A DNA stretch of 64,000 nucleotides from [Chlorobium] sp. 445 (GCA_002763895.1 NSLH01000005.1:19390-83389), one strand, 5' to 3'; shown: positions 1-11,175, counted from the stretch's first letter. Made by a program: numbers and translations. The notes: a model not told the origin generated them from the sequence alone.

Positions 1-1
1 G

Positions 2-115
2 AAAATGTCGAAATCAAACAATGAAAAAATCACGCCTGCAACTGTACTGCGGCGCACCACTATCACGACCATCAGCGAAGCTGTGGAAGCACCGCTTCCA
101 CAGATGAATGCTTAA
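2..115 (+). CDS. 3' end of an unidentified ORF open to the window edge (or a small ORF from ATG at 5)
   Basis: Frame 2 is open from position 2 to TAA at 113-115. No recognisable motif and too short to classify. Confidence 0.15.
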   Translation, partial: KMSKSNNEKITPATVLRRTTITTISEAVEAPLPQMNA

Positions 116-132
116 GTTCCTACGCCTACCCT

Positions 133-1194
133 TCAATCAGCACCGTTAAGTGCTCGACGCAAGGCTGACTCTAACTCTTCTTTGCCTGCCATAATGTCAA
201 ATTCAATTTCAAGGTAAAAACAGGGTGCATTGCGCAGCGCGTTAAAGAGTTCCTCTTTAGCTTTGAGTCGATAGTAATCTTTTTCTGTGGTTACAATTAT
301 ATTCGTACCGTGGCGAACCACCTCACTCAAAATGAAATCAATGTCTTCGGCTGTGTAATCGTGATGGTCAGGGAAATGTTTGGCATGCTCAACAATTAGC
401 CCTGCGCACTGAAGTGTCTCCATAAAGTTTTTGGGGTCGCCAATGCCTGAAAATGCAAATGCCCAGGTGTAGAGAAAAGGTTGTGTGCCCAGTGGCACAA
501 GTTCAGCGGAAAAGAAACTGCGCAGCCCTACAATGCGCACACTCGTTTGCACTACAGGCTTTTGAAAAGGCGCCAGTGCCTTGCACAGTGGCATAAGCTC
601 AAGATACTTAGTTACTTTGGAGAGCACAATCAAATCAGCACGCGCAATACCTTGAACGGACTCACGCAATCGCCCCAGCGGCAAAAGCGCCTCCGAAAAC
701 ACATTTTGCTCAGCGTGCATGACCAAGATGTTCAGGCTGCGCTGCATCTGTCGATGCTGAAATGCGTCGTCGAGGATAATCACGTCGGGCAAGTGATGTG
801 CAAAATGCTGTTCAATGAATCGTGCTCCAGCGATGCGTTGTTCAGCCACGACCACAATGGCTTGCGGATTACGCCGCGCCAGCATCAGCGGCTCATCGCC
901 AGCTTCAGCGGCACTGACACGCACGAATTCACCATCGCACACTAGCACGACGCCTTTGCTCTTGCGCTTGTAGCCCCGCGAAATAATCGCTACACGCTTA
1001 CCCTCTCGCTGATAGAACTTTACAATCCAATCCACCATTGGCGTCTTGCCAGCCCCGCCCACCGTTAGATTACCTACTGCCACAACTGGGATGCGCGATG
1101 CCGAAACGTTCAGAGTGCCCCAATCAAAAAGTGCATTGCGCACCGCCATGACCATACCATAGAGACGTGAGGCGATATAAAGGAAAATTTTCAA
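133..1194 (-). CDS. lpxK: Tetraacyldisaccharide 4'-kinase (lipid A biosynthesis)
   Basis: 353-aa ORF with a P-loop GNLTVGGAGKTPMV and an LpxK-like N-terminus (SRLYGMVMAVRNALFD). TTG start at 1194. Confidence 0.9.
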   Translation of the reverse strand: MKIFLYIASRLYGMVMAVRNALFDWGTLNVSASRIPVVAVGNLTVGGAGKTPMVDWIVKFYQREGKRVAIISRGYKRKSKGVVLVCDGEFVRVSAAEAGDEPLMLARRNPQAIVVVAEQRIAGARFIEQHFAHHLPDVIILDDAFQHRQMQRSLNILVMHAEQNVFSEALLPLGRLRESVQGIARADLIVLSKVTKYLELMPLCKALAPFQKPVVQTSVRIVGLRSFFSAELVPLGTQPFLYTWAFAFSGIGDPKNFMETLQCAGLIVEHAKHFPDHHDYTAEDIDFILSEVVRHGTNIIVTTEKDYYRLKAKEELFNALRNAPCFYLEIEFDIMAGKEELESALRRALNGAD

Positions 1195-1268
1195 GTGAAT
1201 CGTTTGATAAGTTTGGCTAAATTTTAGGTGCGACCAATTTGCAAAAAACTCTATTCACCAATCGTTCT

Positions 1269-2984
1269 ATGATGAAAGTTTTATTTTTCATTGCAGCATT
1301 CTTGTCTTACGCAACACTGCATGCACAAATCAAATTTTCGGTTACCTTCCCCAAAAGCCTTGAAAATCAAGCCCTTGATGGGCGACTGCTCCTGATGCTT
1401 ACAACCGACAGCACCAGCGAACCGCGCTACCAAATTCGTGATGAAGTTACTACTGCACAAGTCTTCGGCATTGATGTCGAAAATTGGCAACCCGATAAGC
1501 CTGCTACTATTGACGCCAGTGTTCTAGGTTACCCGATTCGCAGCCTTTCAGGTCTCAAAGCAGGACGATACTATGTCCAAGCGCTTCTACATCGCTACGA
1601 AACTTTCAAACTCAAGGATGGACGTGTCTTAAAACTGCCCATGGATAGAGGTGAAGGACAAAATTTTCGCACGGCGCCCGGTAACTTGGTTAGCGACGTC
1701 GTTGTGATGAATATTGACCCCAAGAAAACATCAACCTTTATTCTTTTGCTGACCAAAAAGAACCCACCCCTACCCGAACCGAAGGACACCAAGTATATCA
1801 AACACATCAAGATGCAAAGTAAATTGCTCTCGGAGTTTTGGGGACGCCCCATGTATCTGGGCGCCCATGTGCTTTTGCCCGAAGGTTTCGAAGAGCATCC
1901 CGAAGCACGCTATCCGCTCTGCATCTTTCACGGACATTTCCCTGCTGATTTCTCAGGTTTCAGCGAAACGCCACCTCCTGCCGATATGGACACCAGCGAT
2001 TACAACGAGCGCTTCAAAATCTATGGCTACAAAAAAATTCAAGCACAGGAAGCCTATAACTTCTACAAAACTTGGACAAGCAAAGATTTTCCACGCTTCC
2101 TTATCGTCGAAATTCAACATGCCAATCCCTACTACGATGATTCCTACGCGGTCAATTCAGCAAACTTAGGTCCTTATGGTGATGCAATCACTTATGAACT
2201 GATTCCGTTCATCGAAAAACAATTTCGCGGTATTGGTCAAGGCTGGGCAAGATTTCTCTACGGCGGTTCAACTGGCGGCTGGGAAGCGCTTGCAGCACAA
2301 ATTTTCTATCCTGACGAATACAACGGCTGCTTTGCTGCATGTCCTGACCCCATTGATTTTCGTGCCTACACTGTGGTCAATATCTATGAAGACAAAAACG
2401 CATACTACCAAGAGGGACAGTTTCGTCGCACGCCCCGTCCGGGCAAACGCGATTATTTGGGACATATCAGCGCCCTGCTGGAAGATATGAACATCAAAGA
2501 GTTGGTCTTAGGCACAAAGTCTCGCTCTGGCGATCAATGGGACATTTGGGAAGCGGTGTATTCACCTGTTGGCGCAGATGGTTACCCCAAACGCATTTGG
2601 AATAAACTCACGGGTGAGATTGATCACTCTGTTGCAGCCTACTGGCGTGAAAATTACGACCTGCAGCATATCATCAAGCGCGATTGGCCAAAGATTGGTG
2701 AAAAACTTAAAGGCAAGATTCATATCTACTGTGGGGATATGGATAACTACTACCTTAACAATGCCGTCTATCTGATGGAAGAAACCCTCAAAAGCCTTGA
2801 TAATCCTAAAGCTGACGCTGAAGTCAAATATGGCGACCGCTTTGAGCACTGCTGGAATGGTGATCCTACATTGCCTAACTACATCACTCGTCTGCGCTAC
2901 AATACCATGTATGTGCCGAAGATTTTAGAGCGCATTGAAAAAACGGCGCCTAAAGGTGCAGACCTCAAGAGTTGGCGTTACTAA
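1269..2984 (+). CDS. Secreted esterase-like alpha/beta hydrolase (putative esterase family)
   Basis: Signal peptide MMKVLFFIAAFLSYATLHAQ. Segment GGSTGGWEALAAQIFYPDEYNGCFAACPDPIDF resembles the nucleophile elbow region of putative esterases. I prefer the ATG at 1269 over the TTG at 1239. Confidence 0.6.
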   Translation: MMKVLFFIAAFLSYATLHAQIKFSVTFPKSLENQALDGRLLLMLTTDSTSEPRYQIRDEVTTAQVFGIDVENWQPDKPATIDASVLGYPIRSLSGLKAGRYYVQALLHRYETFKLKDGRVLKLPMDRGEGQNFRTAPGNLVSDVVVMNIDPKKTSTFILLLTKKNPPLPEPKDTKYIKHIKMQSKLLSEFWGRPMYLGAHVLLPEGFEEHPEARYPLCIFHGHFPADFSGFSETPPPADMDTSDYNERFKIYGYKKIQAQEAYNFYKTWTSKDFPRFLIVEIQHANPYYDDSYAVNSANLGPYGDAITYELIPFIEKQFRGIGQGWARFLYGGSTGGWEALAAQIFYPDEYNGCFAACPDPIDFRAYTVVNIYEDKNAYYQEGQFRRTPRPGKRDYLGHISALLEDMNIKELVLGTKSRSGDQWDIWEAVYSPVGADGYPKRIWNKLTGEIDHSVAAYWRENYDLQHIIKRDWPKIGEKLKGKIHIYCGDMDNYYLNNAVYLMEETLKSLDNPKADAEVKYGDRFEHCWNGDPTLPNYITRLRYNTMYVPKILERIEKTAPKGADLKSWRY

Positions 2985-3005
2985 GACCTTTTGTGCATGT
3001 CTCGA

Positions 3006-4574
3006 TTACTGCGCTTCAGCTTTGCTCAACCGCTCTCTGGCTTGGGGTTGAGAGCCTAAGCGGTCTGGCAAAAGGGACTGTTCTTGCAACACACGATAAA
3101 CGGCATTTTGACCTGACAGACATACGCCTGCAGTGCCTTGTCCGGGATAGACCGTGTCACCAGCAAGATACAGTCCTTTGAACGGTGTCGTTGCGCCTTG
3201 CAAGTCGAAGACGGAGCGATCTAGCGTGTTAGGAATGCCGCCTACACGTCCGTGCTTGCGATAGACCCATTCCTGCCACGACTTTGGCGTAGAGAGCGTC
3301 TTGAACAAAATTTTCTGCGTGGAAAAACCGGGCAAATGTTGCTCGAGTTGTTTCAAGATAAAGTTTTCTACATCTGCTTTCTTTTCAGCATAGCCATCGG
3401 GCGTAAGCCATACATGTGGCTCTGTATGCGTGGAAATCGCCAGTACGCGTGTACCGTCAGGCTGGCGTGCGTAGTCATCAGGCATAGAGAGAGAGATGAA
3501 AAATGAATCTGACTTGCAGTGCGGAATTTTTTCATCCAGAATTATTTGATGATGCAGCGTGAGATTGTCAGGTAAAGTATTCTCTATTGCAAGACTCATT
3601 GTAACGGCGCCCCAAGCAAACGAAAATTGCTTTGCGCGCCTCTCAAAAAAAGGTTTGAGTTTGCCCTGTGCAATTTCTGCCATATCCCACAGCGTGGCGT
3701 TACTTACCACTTGCCTTGCTGTGTAGCGTTCGCCTCTTTCGGTGTAGAGGCGATATTGCCCGTAGCGATCTTGCTCGAGTGCAATGACGCGCTCACGATA
3801 ACGAATCTCGCCGCCTAGTTCTTGATATTTTCGCACCAGTGTTTCAGCAAGTGCAAGCATACCGCCGTAAGCGTAGTAGTTTGAGCTGTTCGTGTAAGAG
3901 AGGCAGGGCGCAGCATAGAGTAAGGCAACTTGTTCAGCAGTAGTCTGTGCTGTAATCATCAATTGCTCATTGCAGAAGCGGATGAAATCTTGGCTCACAT
4001 CTAAGCCAAAGGACTTGATGGTCTCGAGCGTGGATTGAAAGAGATAGCGCAGTTTGGGAAAATCGCTGATTGGGTTGCATTTGTAAAGTTCCCAGATGTC
4101 GCGCAGCGAGGTTGGTGGAAATGCACGATTGCGTTCTGAGACAAGCCAGACAAAATCGTTAAGCTCAAAGATAAGTTGCCAGAAGTCTCTTACCTGCTCA
4201 AAACTGCAAGAGGTCTCTGCAAAGAATTTTTGGTAGCATTCTTCTGCCCATTTGAGTTTATCCTTGTAGCGCACAACATGCTTACCGCTGATATGGACGG
4301 TCATGGAAGGATTGATTTCCACCACAGGAAATGAAATGCCGAGCGCGTCAGCTAAATTTTTAAGTGGTTGATGCGCATCGAGCCCAACGATGGTTGTAGC
4401 GCCTGCTTCGAAGAGAAACTTCTTACCATTGCGTTTGATAAGGTAAGATGAGGCGCATCCGCCGGGCACAGCTGCCGCTTCTAAGATAAGCGTACGAAAC
4501 CCATGCTTGGCTAAAAGACTGGCGGCACTCAAACCACCAAAGCCAGACCCAATGACAATAAAATCATACAGCAT
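3006..4574 (-). CDS. FAD-dependent oxidoreductase, phytoene desaturase (CrtI/CrtD) family
   Basis: N-terminal dinucleotide fold YDFIVIGSGFGGLSAASLLAKHG and a C-terminal GLYLAGDTVYPGQGTAGV motif typical of CrtI-family amine-oxidase folds. Substrate not assignable. Confidence 0.75.
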   Translation of the reverse strand: MLYDFIVIGSGFGGLSAASLLAKHGFRTLILEAAAVPGGCASSYLIKRNGKKFLFEAGATTIVGLDAHQPLKNLADALGISFPVVEINPSMTVHISGKHVVRYKDKLKWAEECYQKFFAETSCSFEQVRDFWQLIFELNDFVWLVSERNRAFPPTSLRDIWELYKCNPISDFPKLRYLFQSTLETIKSFGLDVSQDFIRFCNEQLMITAQTTAEQVALLYAAPCLSYTNSSNYYAYGGMLALAETLVRKYQELGGEIRYRERVIALEQDRYGQYRLYTERGERYTARQVVSNATLWDMAEIAQGKLKPFFERRAKQFSFAWGAVTMSLAIENTLPDNLTLHHQIILDEKIPHCKSDSFFISLSMPDDYARQPDGTRVLAISTHTEPHVWLTPDGYAEKKADVENFILKQLEQHLPGFSTQKILFKTLSTPKSWQEWVYRKHGRVGGIPNTLDRSVFDLQGATTPFKGLYLAGDTVYPGQGTAGVCLSGQNAVYRVLQEQSLLPDRLGSQPQARERLSKAEAQ

Positions 4575-4577
4575 AGC

Positions 4578-6420
4578 CTAACTGCTGGATTTAAGTTTTC
4601 TTAGTCGTTCTCGTGCTTGACGCAAGTGAAAACTGCGTGGATAGTCGCGCAAGAGCCGCTCGTAGCACTCAATGGCTTTTGCTGGCTCTTTGCGTTCATT
4701 TTCATAGAGTTCGCCTAAACTAAAGAGCGCTTTATCAGCATAAAAAACTTTTGGGATAGAGTTGCAAAAGTCTTTCATAGCTTTCGGCAGCGGCTTGTGG
4801 CGCCGTTAAGCGCAAAATCATTGCGCGTTCATAGAGCGCATTATCAGCCAGAGGAGATGAGGCATATTTGCTTAGCCAATCTCCAAATCGAGAAGCTGCT
4901 TCATCATATTTTTTTTGAGCTAGTGCCCGTTTAGCCGCAGCGTAATCTTTGAGGGCATCAATGGCTTGTGGATTTCTTGCAGTGTCAGCAAGTGCTTCGT
5001 TCAGGAGCAGACGTAGCTCGAGTCCATCGTTTGCAGCATCATAGCGTGTATCAATTTTCTCGAGCGTCTGAAGTGCTGCGCTGTATTTGCCTTCGAGAAA
5101 CTGCACAAAGGCTAAAAGGTATGTGGCTTCGGCACGCACTTCACTTGCGGCGTTTGGATGTAAAGCCGATTTCTGCAACGCAGCTTCAAGCCCTGTGAAC
5201 TCACCTTGTGCCAATTGAATTTTGGCAAGCAAAACTTCTGCTGACCGTGCTGGCTGTGTTTCATAAAAACGCAATAAGAGTTTTTTGGCAACCTGTGCTG
5301 CGGCGTTCAGGTTCTCGAGTGCAGCGTATTCCAAATTCGCCCAAGACAGATACACATCGGGCAAATTTTGTGCGGAGGGATAAGCCTGTTCATATTCGCG
5401 ATACGCAGCCAGCGCTTCTTCGAGTTTAGCGCGCCGCGCTGCACCACTAAGCATCTCGGCTTCTTTTTCTAAGACGGACACTAATCCAATTTTAGCGCGC
5501 TGTACAAAGGTTGCATCCGCATTATCAGCGATAATAGTTTGAAACGCCTTGCGCGCTGTGGCAAACTGTCGCTTTTGCAACATTTGATTGGCAAAACTAT
5601 AGAGCTGCGCGCCACGCATGCGTGTTACGCCATCTCGGTACATCGCTTCGCTCAGAGCACCGTCATAATTCTCTGCTTCAATGTAGAGTTGCATCAACAG
5701 TTGTGATAGCAATTGTCGCGCCAGTGATGCTGCAGGAAACTTGCTGCGCGCTTTTTCCAAAACTTCAAGTGTTTCATTCAGTGCCGCTGGGCTAGACTTA
5801 GACGCATAACTCATCACTTGCGCCTGCACTTTGCCATAGTTTGGGAAATCTTCATGCAAGAGTTTGAGATATTCTTCAGTTGCTGCGCGATAATTGCCAA
5901 GAAAGACATAGGCGTCTGCGGCTTCTTCTGCAAACAGTGATTCTCTGCCGAACTTGCTGCGTGCCTCGTGCACAAGGTTTAGCATCGGCTCAAAGAATCT
6001 GGCAAGACGCAGTTCTTGAACCGCCAGTGTGTAGTCACTTTGTGTGGTGAGCAAATCCGAAATTGAGCGCAGGGTTTCGCTGGCTTTGGCATTATCTTGT
6101 TTGTCGATGTAGCATTGTGCAAGATGCACTTTGAGCGGAATTGCACTTTGCGCTGCTCTCTGACGCGCCACTTCCTTTTGCAGAAAAGGAATGAGCTTGT
6201 CGTATAGACGCAGTTCGCTCCAACACTCACGCAGTCGCTCTATGTAGAATAGCGAATTTGGATCGCGCTGATAAAGTTTTTCGTAAAGTTCAGCGGCTTT
6301 GTCGTAATTGCCTGCTTGATAGAGTGCTTCAGCAAGTTGCACATCGCTCTGCTGCGCTGAGAGCGACTCTGCAAGCAAGACCAAGAGTGTAAAGAGCCAG
6401 CTGACTTTCATCGGACGCAT
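4578..6420 (-). CDS. Secreted TPR-repeat protein, interrupted by a 1-nt frame change near the C-terminus
   Basis: Signal peptide MRPMKVSWLFTLLVLLAESLSAQQ (start about 6420) with many TPR-like A/Y/L repeats. The 605-aa ORF stops at 4735 and the sense continues in ORF 4578-4778 (YADKALFSLGELYENE...) if one base of the homopolymer at 4742-4747 is removed. Confidence 0.7.
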
Positions 6421-6570
6421 TGTATGCAATCTGTATGTTTGAATAGGCATAGCGACTGAAGTAAATTTGAAAACGCTTTTTACGCCTAAAAATTTCGGTA
6501 GTGCTTGCGCACAAATCCAAACGTGCTTACCGCACAGGAAGCAAAGGCGCACCGCATCTACACAAGAGAT

Positions 6571-7359
6571 ATGAAAATAGACTTCACCAAAATGTCAGGC
6601 GCTGGTAACGACTTTATTGTCATTGACAACCGCAGCGGCGCCATCGCACTCTCAGAATCTGACATTCGTCGCTTATGCGCCCGCCGCACTGGTATTGGCG
6701 CTGACGGGCTGATGCTGATGGAACACTCCGCGCAGCACGATTTTGCTATGCGCTATTTCAATGCCGATGGCAAACCGAGCTCAATGTGCGGCAACGGCGG
6801 TCGGTGCATCACGCGTTTTGCTTACCTTTCTGGTATAGAAAAAACACACTTTTCTTTTGAAGCAAACGGTGAAACCTACTTCTCTGAAATTTTGGATTCA
6901 GGGCGCGTCAAACTCAAAATGCAACCGCCTAAAGCCTTTCGCGATGCTTTTGAAGTAGAAGGCGTCAAAAGTTTTTTTATCGACACAGGCTCACCGCACG
7001 CTGTGGTTTATGCCAATGATGTGGCATCGCTTAATGTGCTCGAACTAGGTCGAAGAATTCGGCACAATCGTGAGCATTTTCCTGCGGGCACGAATGTCAA
7101 TTTCGTTGAGCTGCTCTCAGAAAACCGCTTGCGCATTCGCACCTTCGAGCGCGGCGTAGAAGATGAAACGCTAGCGTGCGGCACTGGCTGTGTTGCTGCA
7201 GCGGTCGTGAGCTACAAACTTGGTAAAGTGCACACGCACCACATCTTGCTCACCGTGCAAAGCGGTGAAACCATTGAGGTTGAACTCGATGACGCACTCC
7301 AAAATGTTTATCTCATCGGCTCAGCAGATGTTGTCTTTACTGGAACAGTATGGGTATAA
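6571..7359 (+). CDS. dapF: Diaminopimelate epimerase
   Basis: MSGAGNDFIVIDN, the catalytic Cys motifs SMCGNGGRC and LACGTG, and typical length from the ATG at 6571. Confidence 0.9.
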   Translation: MKIDFTKMSGAGNDFIVIDNRSGAIALSESDIRRLCARRTGIGADGLMLMEHSAQHDFAMRYFNADGKPSSMCGNGGRCITRFAYLSGIEKTHFSFEANGETYFSEILDSGRVKLKMQPPKAFRDAFEVEGVKSFFIDTGSPHAVVYANDVASLNVLELGRRIRHNREHFPAGTNVNFVELLSENRLRIRTFERGVEDETLACGTGCVAAAVVSYKLGKVHTHHILLTVQSGETIEVELDDALQNVYLIGSADVVFTGTVWV

Positions 7360-7421
7360 CAAGCATCCTTGCTTTCTGACAGACTTCTCTCTTTGATTCT
7401 GCTCTTGTCTACGCACACCGC

Positions 7422-8648
7422 TTACTTTGCAATGACTTCTTGCGAGATAGGATTACCGTTGATGCGGTAGTATGTTTTGAGCGGCAAACTGTAAATCTTG
7501 ATAAAGCCAATGCTGGCTTTGTGGTCAAAAGTATCTTCTTCGGTGTAAGTTGCAAGGCTCGTGTCGTAGAGCGAATTTGGCGACCAGCGTCCCAGCAGTT
7601 CTACGTTGCCTTTGTAGAGTTTGAGTTTGACTGTGCCGTTCACCACCTTTTGTGTCTCTTCCACGAAAGCATCCAGTGCAAAGCGCAGCGGTGAATACCA
7701 AAGTCCGTTGTAAATCAAATCAGCGTAGTCATGTGCAAGTTTCGCTTTGTAGTGCATGGTGTCTTTATCGAGCGTGAGTCGTTCAAGTTCGCGATGCGCA
7801 AAGTGTAAGATTGTAGCAGCAGGCGCTTCGTAGAGCTCACGCGATTTGATGCCGACCAATCGGTTCTCTACCAAATCCAAGCGACCGACAGCATTTTTGC
7901 CGCCAATTTCGTTTAGCGTCATAATCAGCTCGACGGGGTTCATCTTTTTGCCACCAAGTGCAACGGGCACACCGCGCTCAAATTCAATCTCAACTGCTGT
8001 TGGCACATCGGGTGCTTCTTCTGGCGAGACAGTGCGCTGATACGCATCTGCTGGTGGCGGCACGCGTGGGTCTTCGAGCGCCCCGCATTCAATCGACGTG
8101 CCCCACATATTTTCATCAATTGAGTAGGGGCTTTCTTTCGTGGCTTTAACAGGAATGCCATGCCGCTGACAATACTCGATTTCTTCTTCGCGTGAGCGGA
8201 ATTCCCACTCACGCAGTGGCGCATACACCTTGAGTTCTGGGGCAAGCGCTGCAATTGCAGCCTCAAAGCGCACTTGATCGTTGCCTTTACCTGTGCAACC
8301 GTGCGCTACAGCCGTGCAGCCCTCTGCTTTTGCTACTTCCACAAGTGCTTTGGCAATAAGCGGTCTGCCAAGCGAGGTTGCCATGGGATAGGTCCATTCG
8401 TAGAGTGCACCTGCTTTCAGTGCTGGGAAAATGAAGTCCGTCGCAAACTCTTCTTGCAAATCCAGCACAATCGCTTTCTTTGCACCTGTCTTGTAGGCTT
8501 TTTCCTCAATGCCGACAAGCTCTTTCTGCTGACCCAAGTTGACCGACAGCGTAATCACATCAGCGTTATACTTTTCTTGAAGCCACTTTGCAATCACTGA
8601 TGTATCTAATCCACCAGAGTAAGCCACGACAATTTTTTCTTTTGACAT
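7422..8648 (-). CDS. argG: Argininosuccinate synthase
   Basis: [17 protein letters not shown]-pyrophosphatase motif and an ArgG-like body of 408 aa. I chose the internal ATG at 8648; the longer ORF extension to 8864 runs back into argR. Confidence 0.95.
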   Translation of the reverse strand: MSKEKIVVAYSGGLDTSVIAKWLQEKYNADVITLSVNLGQQKELVGIEEKAYKTGAKKAIVLDLQEEFATDFIFPALKAGALYEWTYPMATSLGRPLIAKALVEVAKAEGCTAVAHGCTGKGNDQVRFEAAIAALAPELKVYAPLREWEFRSREEEIEYCQRHGIPVKATKESPYSIDENMWGTSIECGALEDPRVPPPADAYQRTVSPEEAPDVPTAVEIEFERGVPVALGGKKMNPVELIMTLNEIGGKNAVGRLDLVENRLVGIKSRELYEAPAATILHFAHRELERLTLDKDTMHYKAKLAHDYADLIYNGLWYSPLRFALDAFVEETQKVVNGTVKLKLYKGNVELLGRWSPNSLYDTSLATYTEEDTFDHKASIGFIKIYSLPLKTYYRINGNPISQEVIAK

Positions 8649-8682
8649 GCTTTGCGTGTTTTGTGTTAGTGTTATCTTTGAT

Positions 8683-9132
8683 TTATTCTGCTTGAAAAAT
8701 TGCTTCCTTGAGGCGCCGCACAATTGCAGAAATTTTCTTTGTTGAAATTGGCGCAATGAAAATCGTGTCGTCTCCAGCAATCGTGCCGAGAATATCGGGG
8801 ATGTCCAAGCGGTCCAAGATTTCGGCAACGCCTGAGGCACGTCCGCGCAAAGTTTTAATGACAATCAAACTCTCGTTTGCGTGAATCGACTCAATTTCAT
8901 AACTGATAAGTGCGCGCAAACGATGCGCTTCATTTTCAGGCTGAAGTTGATACCACACCCCTTCAGGTGTGGAGACTTTGGCAATGCCCAGTTCTTTCAA
9001 ATCTCGCGAGAGTGTGGCTTGATTGACTTCAAAGCCACGACGTGCAAGTTCCTTTGCAAGTTCTTCTTGATTAGAAATTTCTTTTTCTGTGATAATCTGC
9101 TTAATCAAAAGTTGCCGCTGCGCTTTATCCAT
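8683..9132 (-). CDS. argR: Arginine repressor
   Basis: 149 aa. N-terminal winged-helix segment [44 protein letters not shown] and a C-terminal oligomerisation domain with [10 protein letters not shown]. Confidence 0.9.
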   Translation of the reverse strand: MDKAQRQLLIKQIITEKEISNQEELAKELARRGFEVNQATLSRDLKELGIAKVSTPEGVWYQLQPENEAHRLRALISYEIESIHANESLIVIKTLRGRASGVAEILDRLDIPDILGTIAGDDTIFIAPISTKKISAIVRRLKEAIFQAE

Positions 9133-9186
9133 TACCCCATAGTTTTAGACGCATTTCAATTTCGTGATGTGCACAGATGGCATAAT

Positions 9187-10155
9187 TTACTCGATTGGCG
9201 CAAGTCTCTTGCGTTTGCCAGATGATTTCTGTGGGGAAGATTTCGGCGCACTTTTTTGCAACAGTTTGACGAGAATGGCTTTCTGCGCATGCAAGCGGTT
9301 TTCGGCTTGGTCAAAGACCACTGATTGCTTGCCATCCAGCACTTCATCGGTGATTTCCTCACCACGATTAGCTGGCAAGCAGTGCATCACAATAGCGTCA
9401 GGTTTTGCAAGTGAGAGCAGTTTTAGATTGACTTGATACGGACGAAACGCTTTGCGTCGTTCCTCTGCTTCAGCTTCTTGACCCATACTTGTCCACACAT
9501 CGGTGTAAATTACATCGGCATTTTGCACAGCGCTTTCAGGATCTTCTAACACTTCAATTTTGCTTACAGCTGCCTTCATTGCCGCTTTGAGCGTGGCAAT
9601 GTGTGGATTGTATGCTGCCGGCGCTGCCAGCACAAAGTGCATCGGATAGAGCATCGACATCTCGAGCCATGAATTGACGACATTGTTTCCATCGCCGACA
9701 AACACTACCTTGACGCCTTCAAAGAGCTTGCCGTGTTGGCGCATCGTGTAAAGGTCTGCAAAGACTTGACACGGATGTGAGTGATTGGTCAGGGCATTGA
9801 TGACAGGCACGCTTGCATATTCAGCCAGTTCCAAGAGAATGCTATGCTCAAAGAGTCGCGCAATAATCAAGTCGTTGTAACGCGAAAGCACACGTGCGAC
9901 ATCAGCGACACTTTCACGCTGACATAAGCCGACTGACTCTTGACCTAAGTAAATCGGGTAGCCACCGAGTTGCACTACGCCCACTTCAAACGAGACACGC
10001 GTACGCAGTGAAGGCTTCTGAAACAAGAGTGCAACTGTTTTGCCTGCAAGCGACTTGATGTCTGGATTGGCTTTGAGTGTATCGCAAAGTTTGAACAGCT
10101 CAGCAAGCTCGTCTCGACTTTCAATATCTTGCAAAGAAAGAAAATCGCTTTTCAT
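9187..10155 (-). CDS. argF: Ornithine carbamoyltransferase
   Basis: Carbamoyl-phosphate motif SLRTR, HPCQ, the ornithine-loop DVWTSMG and HCLP. A 4-nt ATGA overlap links it to argB. Confidence 0.88.
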   Translation of the reverse strand: MKSDFLSLQDIESRDELAELFKLCDTLKANPDIKSLAGKTVALLFQKPSLRTRVSFEVGVVQLGGYPIYLGQESVGLCQRESVADVARVLSRYNDLIIARLFEHSILLELAEYASVPVINALTNHSHPCQVFADLYTMRQHGKLFEGVKVVFVGDGNNVVNSWLEMSMLYPMHFVLAAPAAYNPHIATLKAAMKAAVSKIEVLEDPESAVQNADVIYTDVWTSMGQEAEAEERRKAFRPYQVNLKLLSLAKPDAIVMHCLPANRGEEITDEVLDGKQSVVFDQAENRLHAQKAILVKLLQKSAPKSSPQKSSGKRKRLAPIE

Positions 10156-11066
10156 TTTGCTGCTCCCTCCAAAATGCGTTGCACACGACGGCGCTGCGAG
10201 GCTGCAGTCGTAGGTGCGTCTTCATTGATGATTTCTGTGCCAATACCTTCGTTAGTGAAGATTTCAAGCAACAGCGCATGCTTCACTCCACCATTGATAA
10301 AGTGCACTTTATTGACACCGCCCTCAATAGCTTCAAACGCCGAGTTAACCTTCGGTATCATTCCGCCATAAATTTTGCCCTGCTCAATCCATTCTTGCGC
10401 TTCACTTTTAGCAAGCGTTGGCACAAGTGCCCCATCGACAATCACGCCATCTGTATCGGAAAGATAGACGAGTTTTTCAGCCTTGAGCGCCACAGCAATT
10501 TCCGTTGCTGCAACATCGGCATTGATGTTGTAAAGCTCGCCCTGTTCGCCTAAGCCAATTGGTGCTACAACAGGGATCATTTCATTTTGCATCAGAAGTT
10601 TGAGAAACGCTGTATTGACTTGCACGATATCACCCACAAGACCTAAGTCTATTTCGCCCTGCAATTTTTTAGCGCGCAAGAGTGCATTATCGACACCGCA
10701 AAGACCAACGGCATTTCCGCCATGCTTTGTGATGAGACCAGCAATTTCTTTGTTGAGTGCACCTGCCAGCACCATTATCACTACATCAATCATTTTTTCA
10801 TCGGTGTAGCGCACTCCATTCACAAAGCGTGATTCAACGCCCAGCTTCTGTGCCATCTCAGTAATGTCCTTACCTCCGCCATGCACCACAATGATGTTGA
10901 TGCCAATTTTTTTGAGCAGCGTTACATCTTGCGCAAAGGTCTGCTTGAGTGCATCATTGTTCATCACAGCACCACCGTATTTGATGACAAAAGTCTTGTT
11001 TTCGTAGCTTGTAATGTAAGGCAGTGCTTCAATCAAGATTTCTTCTTTGGTTTTATTGTCTCGCAT
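10152..11066 (-). CDS. argB: Acetylglutamate kinase
   Basis: FVIKYGGAVM, IVVHGGG and the amino-acid kinase fold. I prefer the ATG at 11066 (MRDNKTKEEILIEALPYI); the ORF is open up to 11162. Confidence 0.9.
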   Translation of the reverse strand: MRDNKTKEEILIEALPYITSYENKTFVIKYGGAVMNNDALKQTFAQDVTLLKKIGINIIVVHGGGKDITEMAQKLGVESRFVNGVRYTDEKMIDVVIMVLAGALNKEIAGLITKHGGNAVGLCGVDNALLRAKKLQGEIDLGLVGDIVQVNTAFLKLLMQNEMIPVVAPIGLGEQGELYNINADVAATEIAVALKAEKLVYLSDTDGVIVDGALVPTLAKSEAQEWIEQGKIYGGMIPKVNSAFEAIEGGVNKVHFINGGVKHALLLEIFTNEGIGTEIINEDAPTTAASQRRRVQRILEGAAK

Positions 11067-11175
11067 CGCTTGAAAAATTTGGGTTACTTTATTTGCTGTG
11101 CATGTCAATGCAGGTGCGGCAACACTGGGTTTGAATTTCTCACTGTGCCTTGCGTTGCCCAAAGTCTAAACATCT

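Noticed and set aside
83-101. Inverted repeat GTGGAAGC-ACC-GCTTCCAC between the partial upstream ORF and the lpxK stop.
   Set aside because: It lies inside the open frame of the partial ORF and has no U-tract on either strand, so it cannot be supported as a terminator.
481-945. Long antisense ORFs inside well-supported genes. Examples: 481-945 in lpxK, 18842-19303 in tlpA, 38838-39281 in accA, 50761-51246 in murC, 56626-57060 in murF, 58151-58597 in murE, and 59626-60066 and 60711-61178 in ftsI.
   Set aside because: They lie opposite genes with clear family motifs, have low-complexity or Cys/Arg/Ser-rich composition and carry no recognisable motifs. These are typical shadow ORFs.
9179-9190. 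Partial ARG-box half-site GGCATAATTTAC upstream of argR.
   Set aside because: Only one half matches the TGCATAATTATGCA core. That is too weak to call an operator without comparative data.
9187-9260. Basic ~22-aa C-terminal tail on ArgF (…QKSAPKSSPQKSSGKRKRLAPIE) next to an A6 run, considered as an eighth homopolymer frameshift.
   Set aside because: Changing the run length by +1 or -1 gives longer, nonsensical continuations rather than an earlier stop. The annotated frame is therefore the best reading, and the tail is probably real or harmless.
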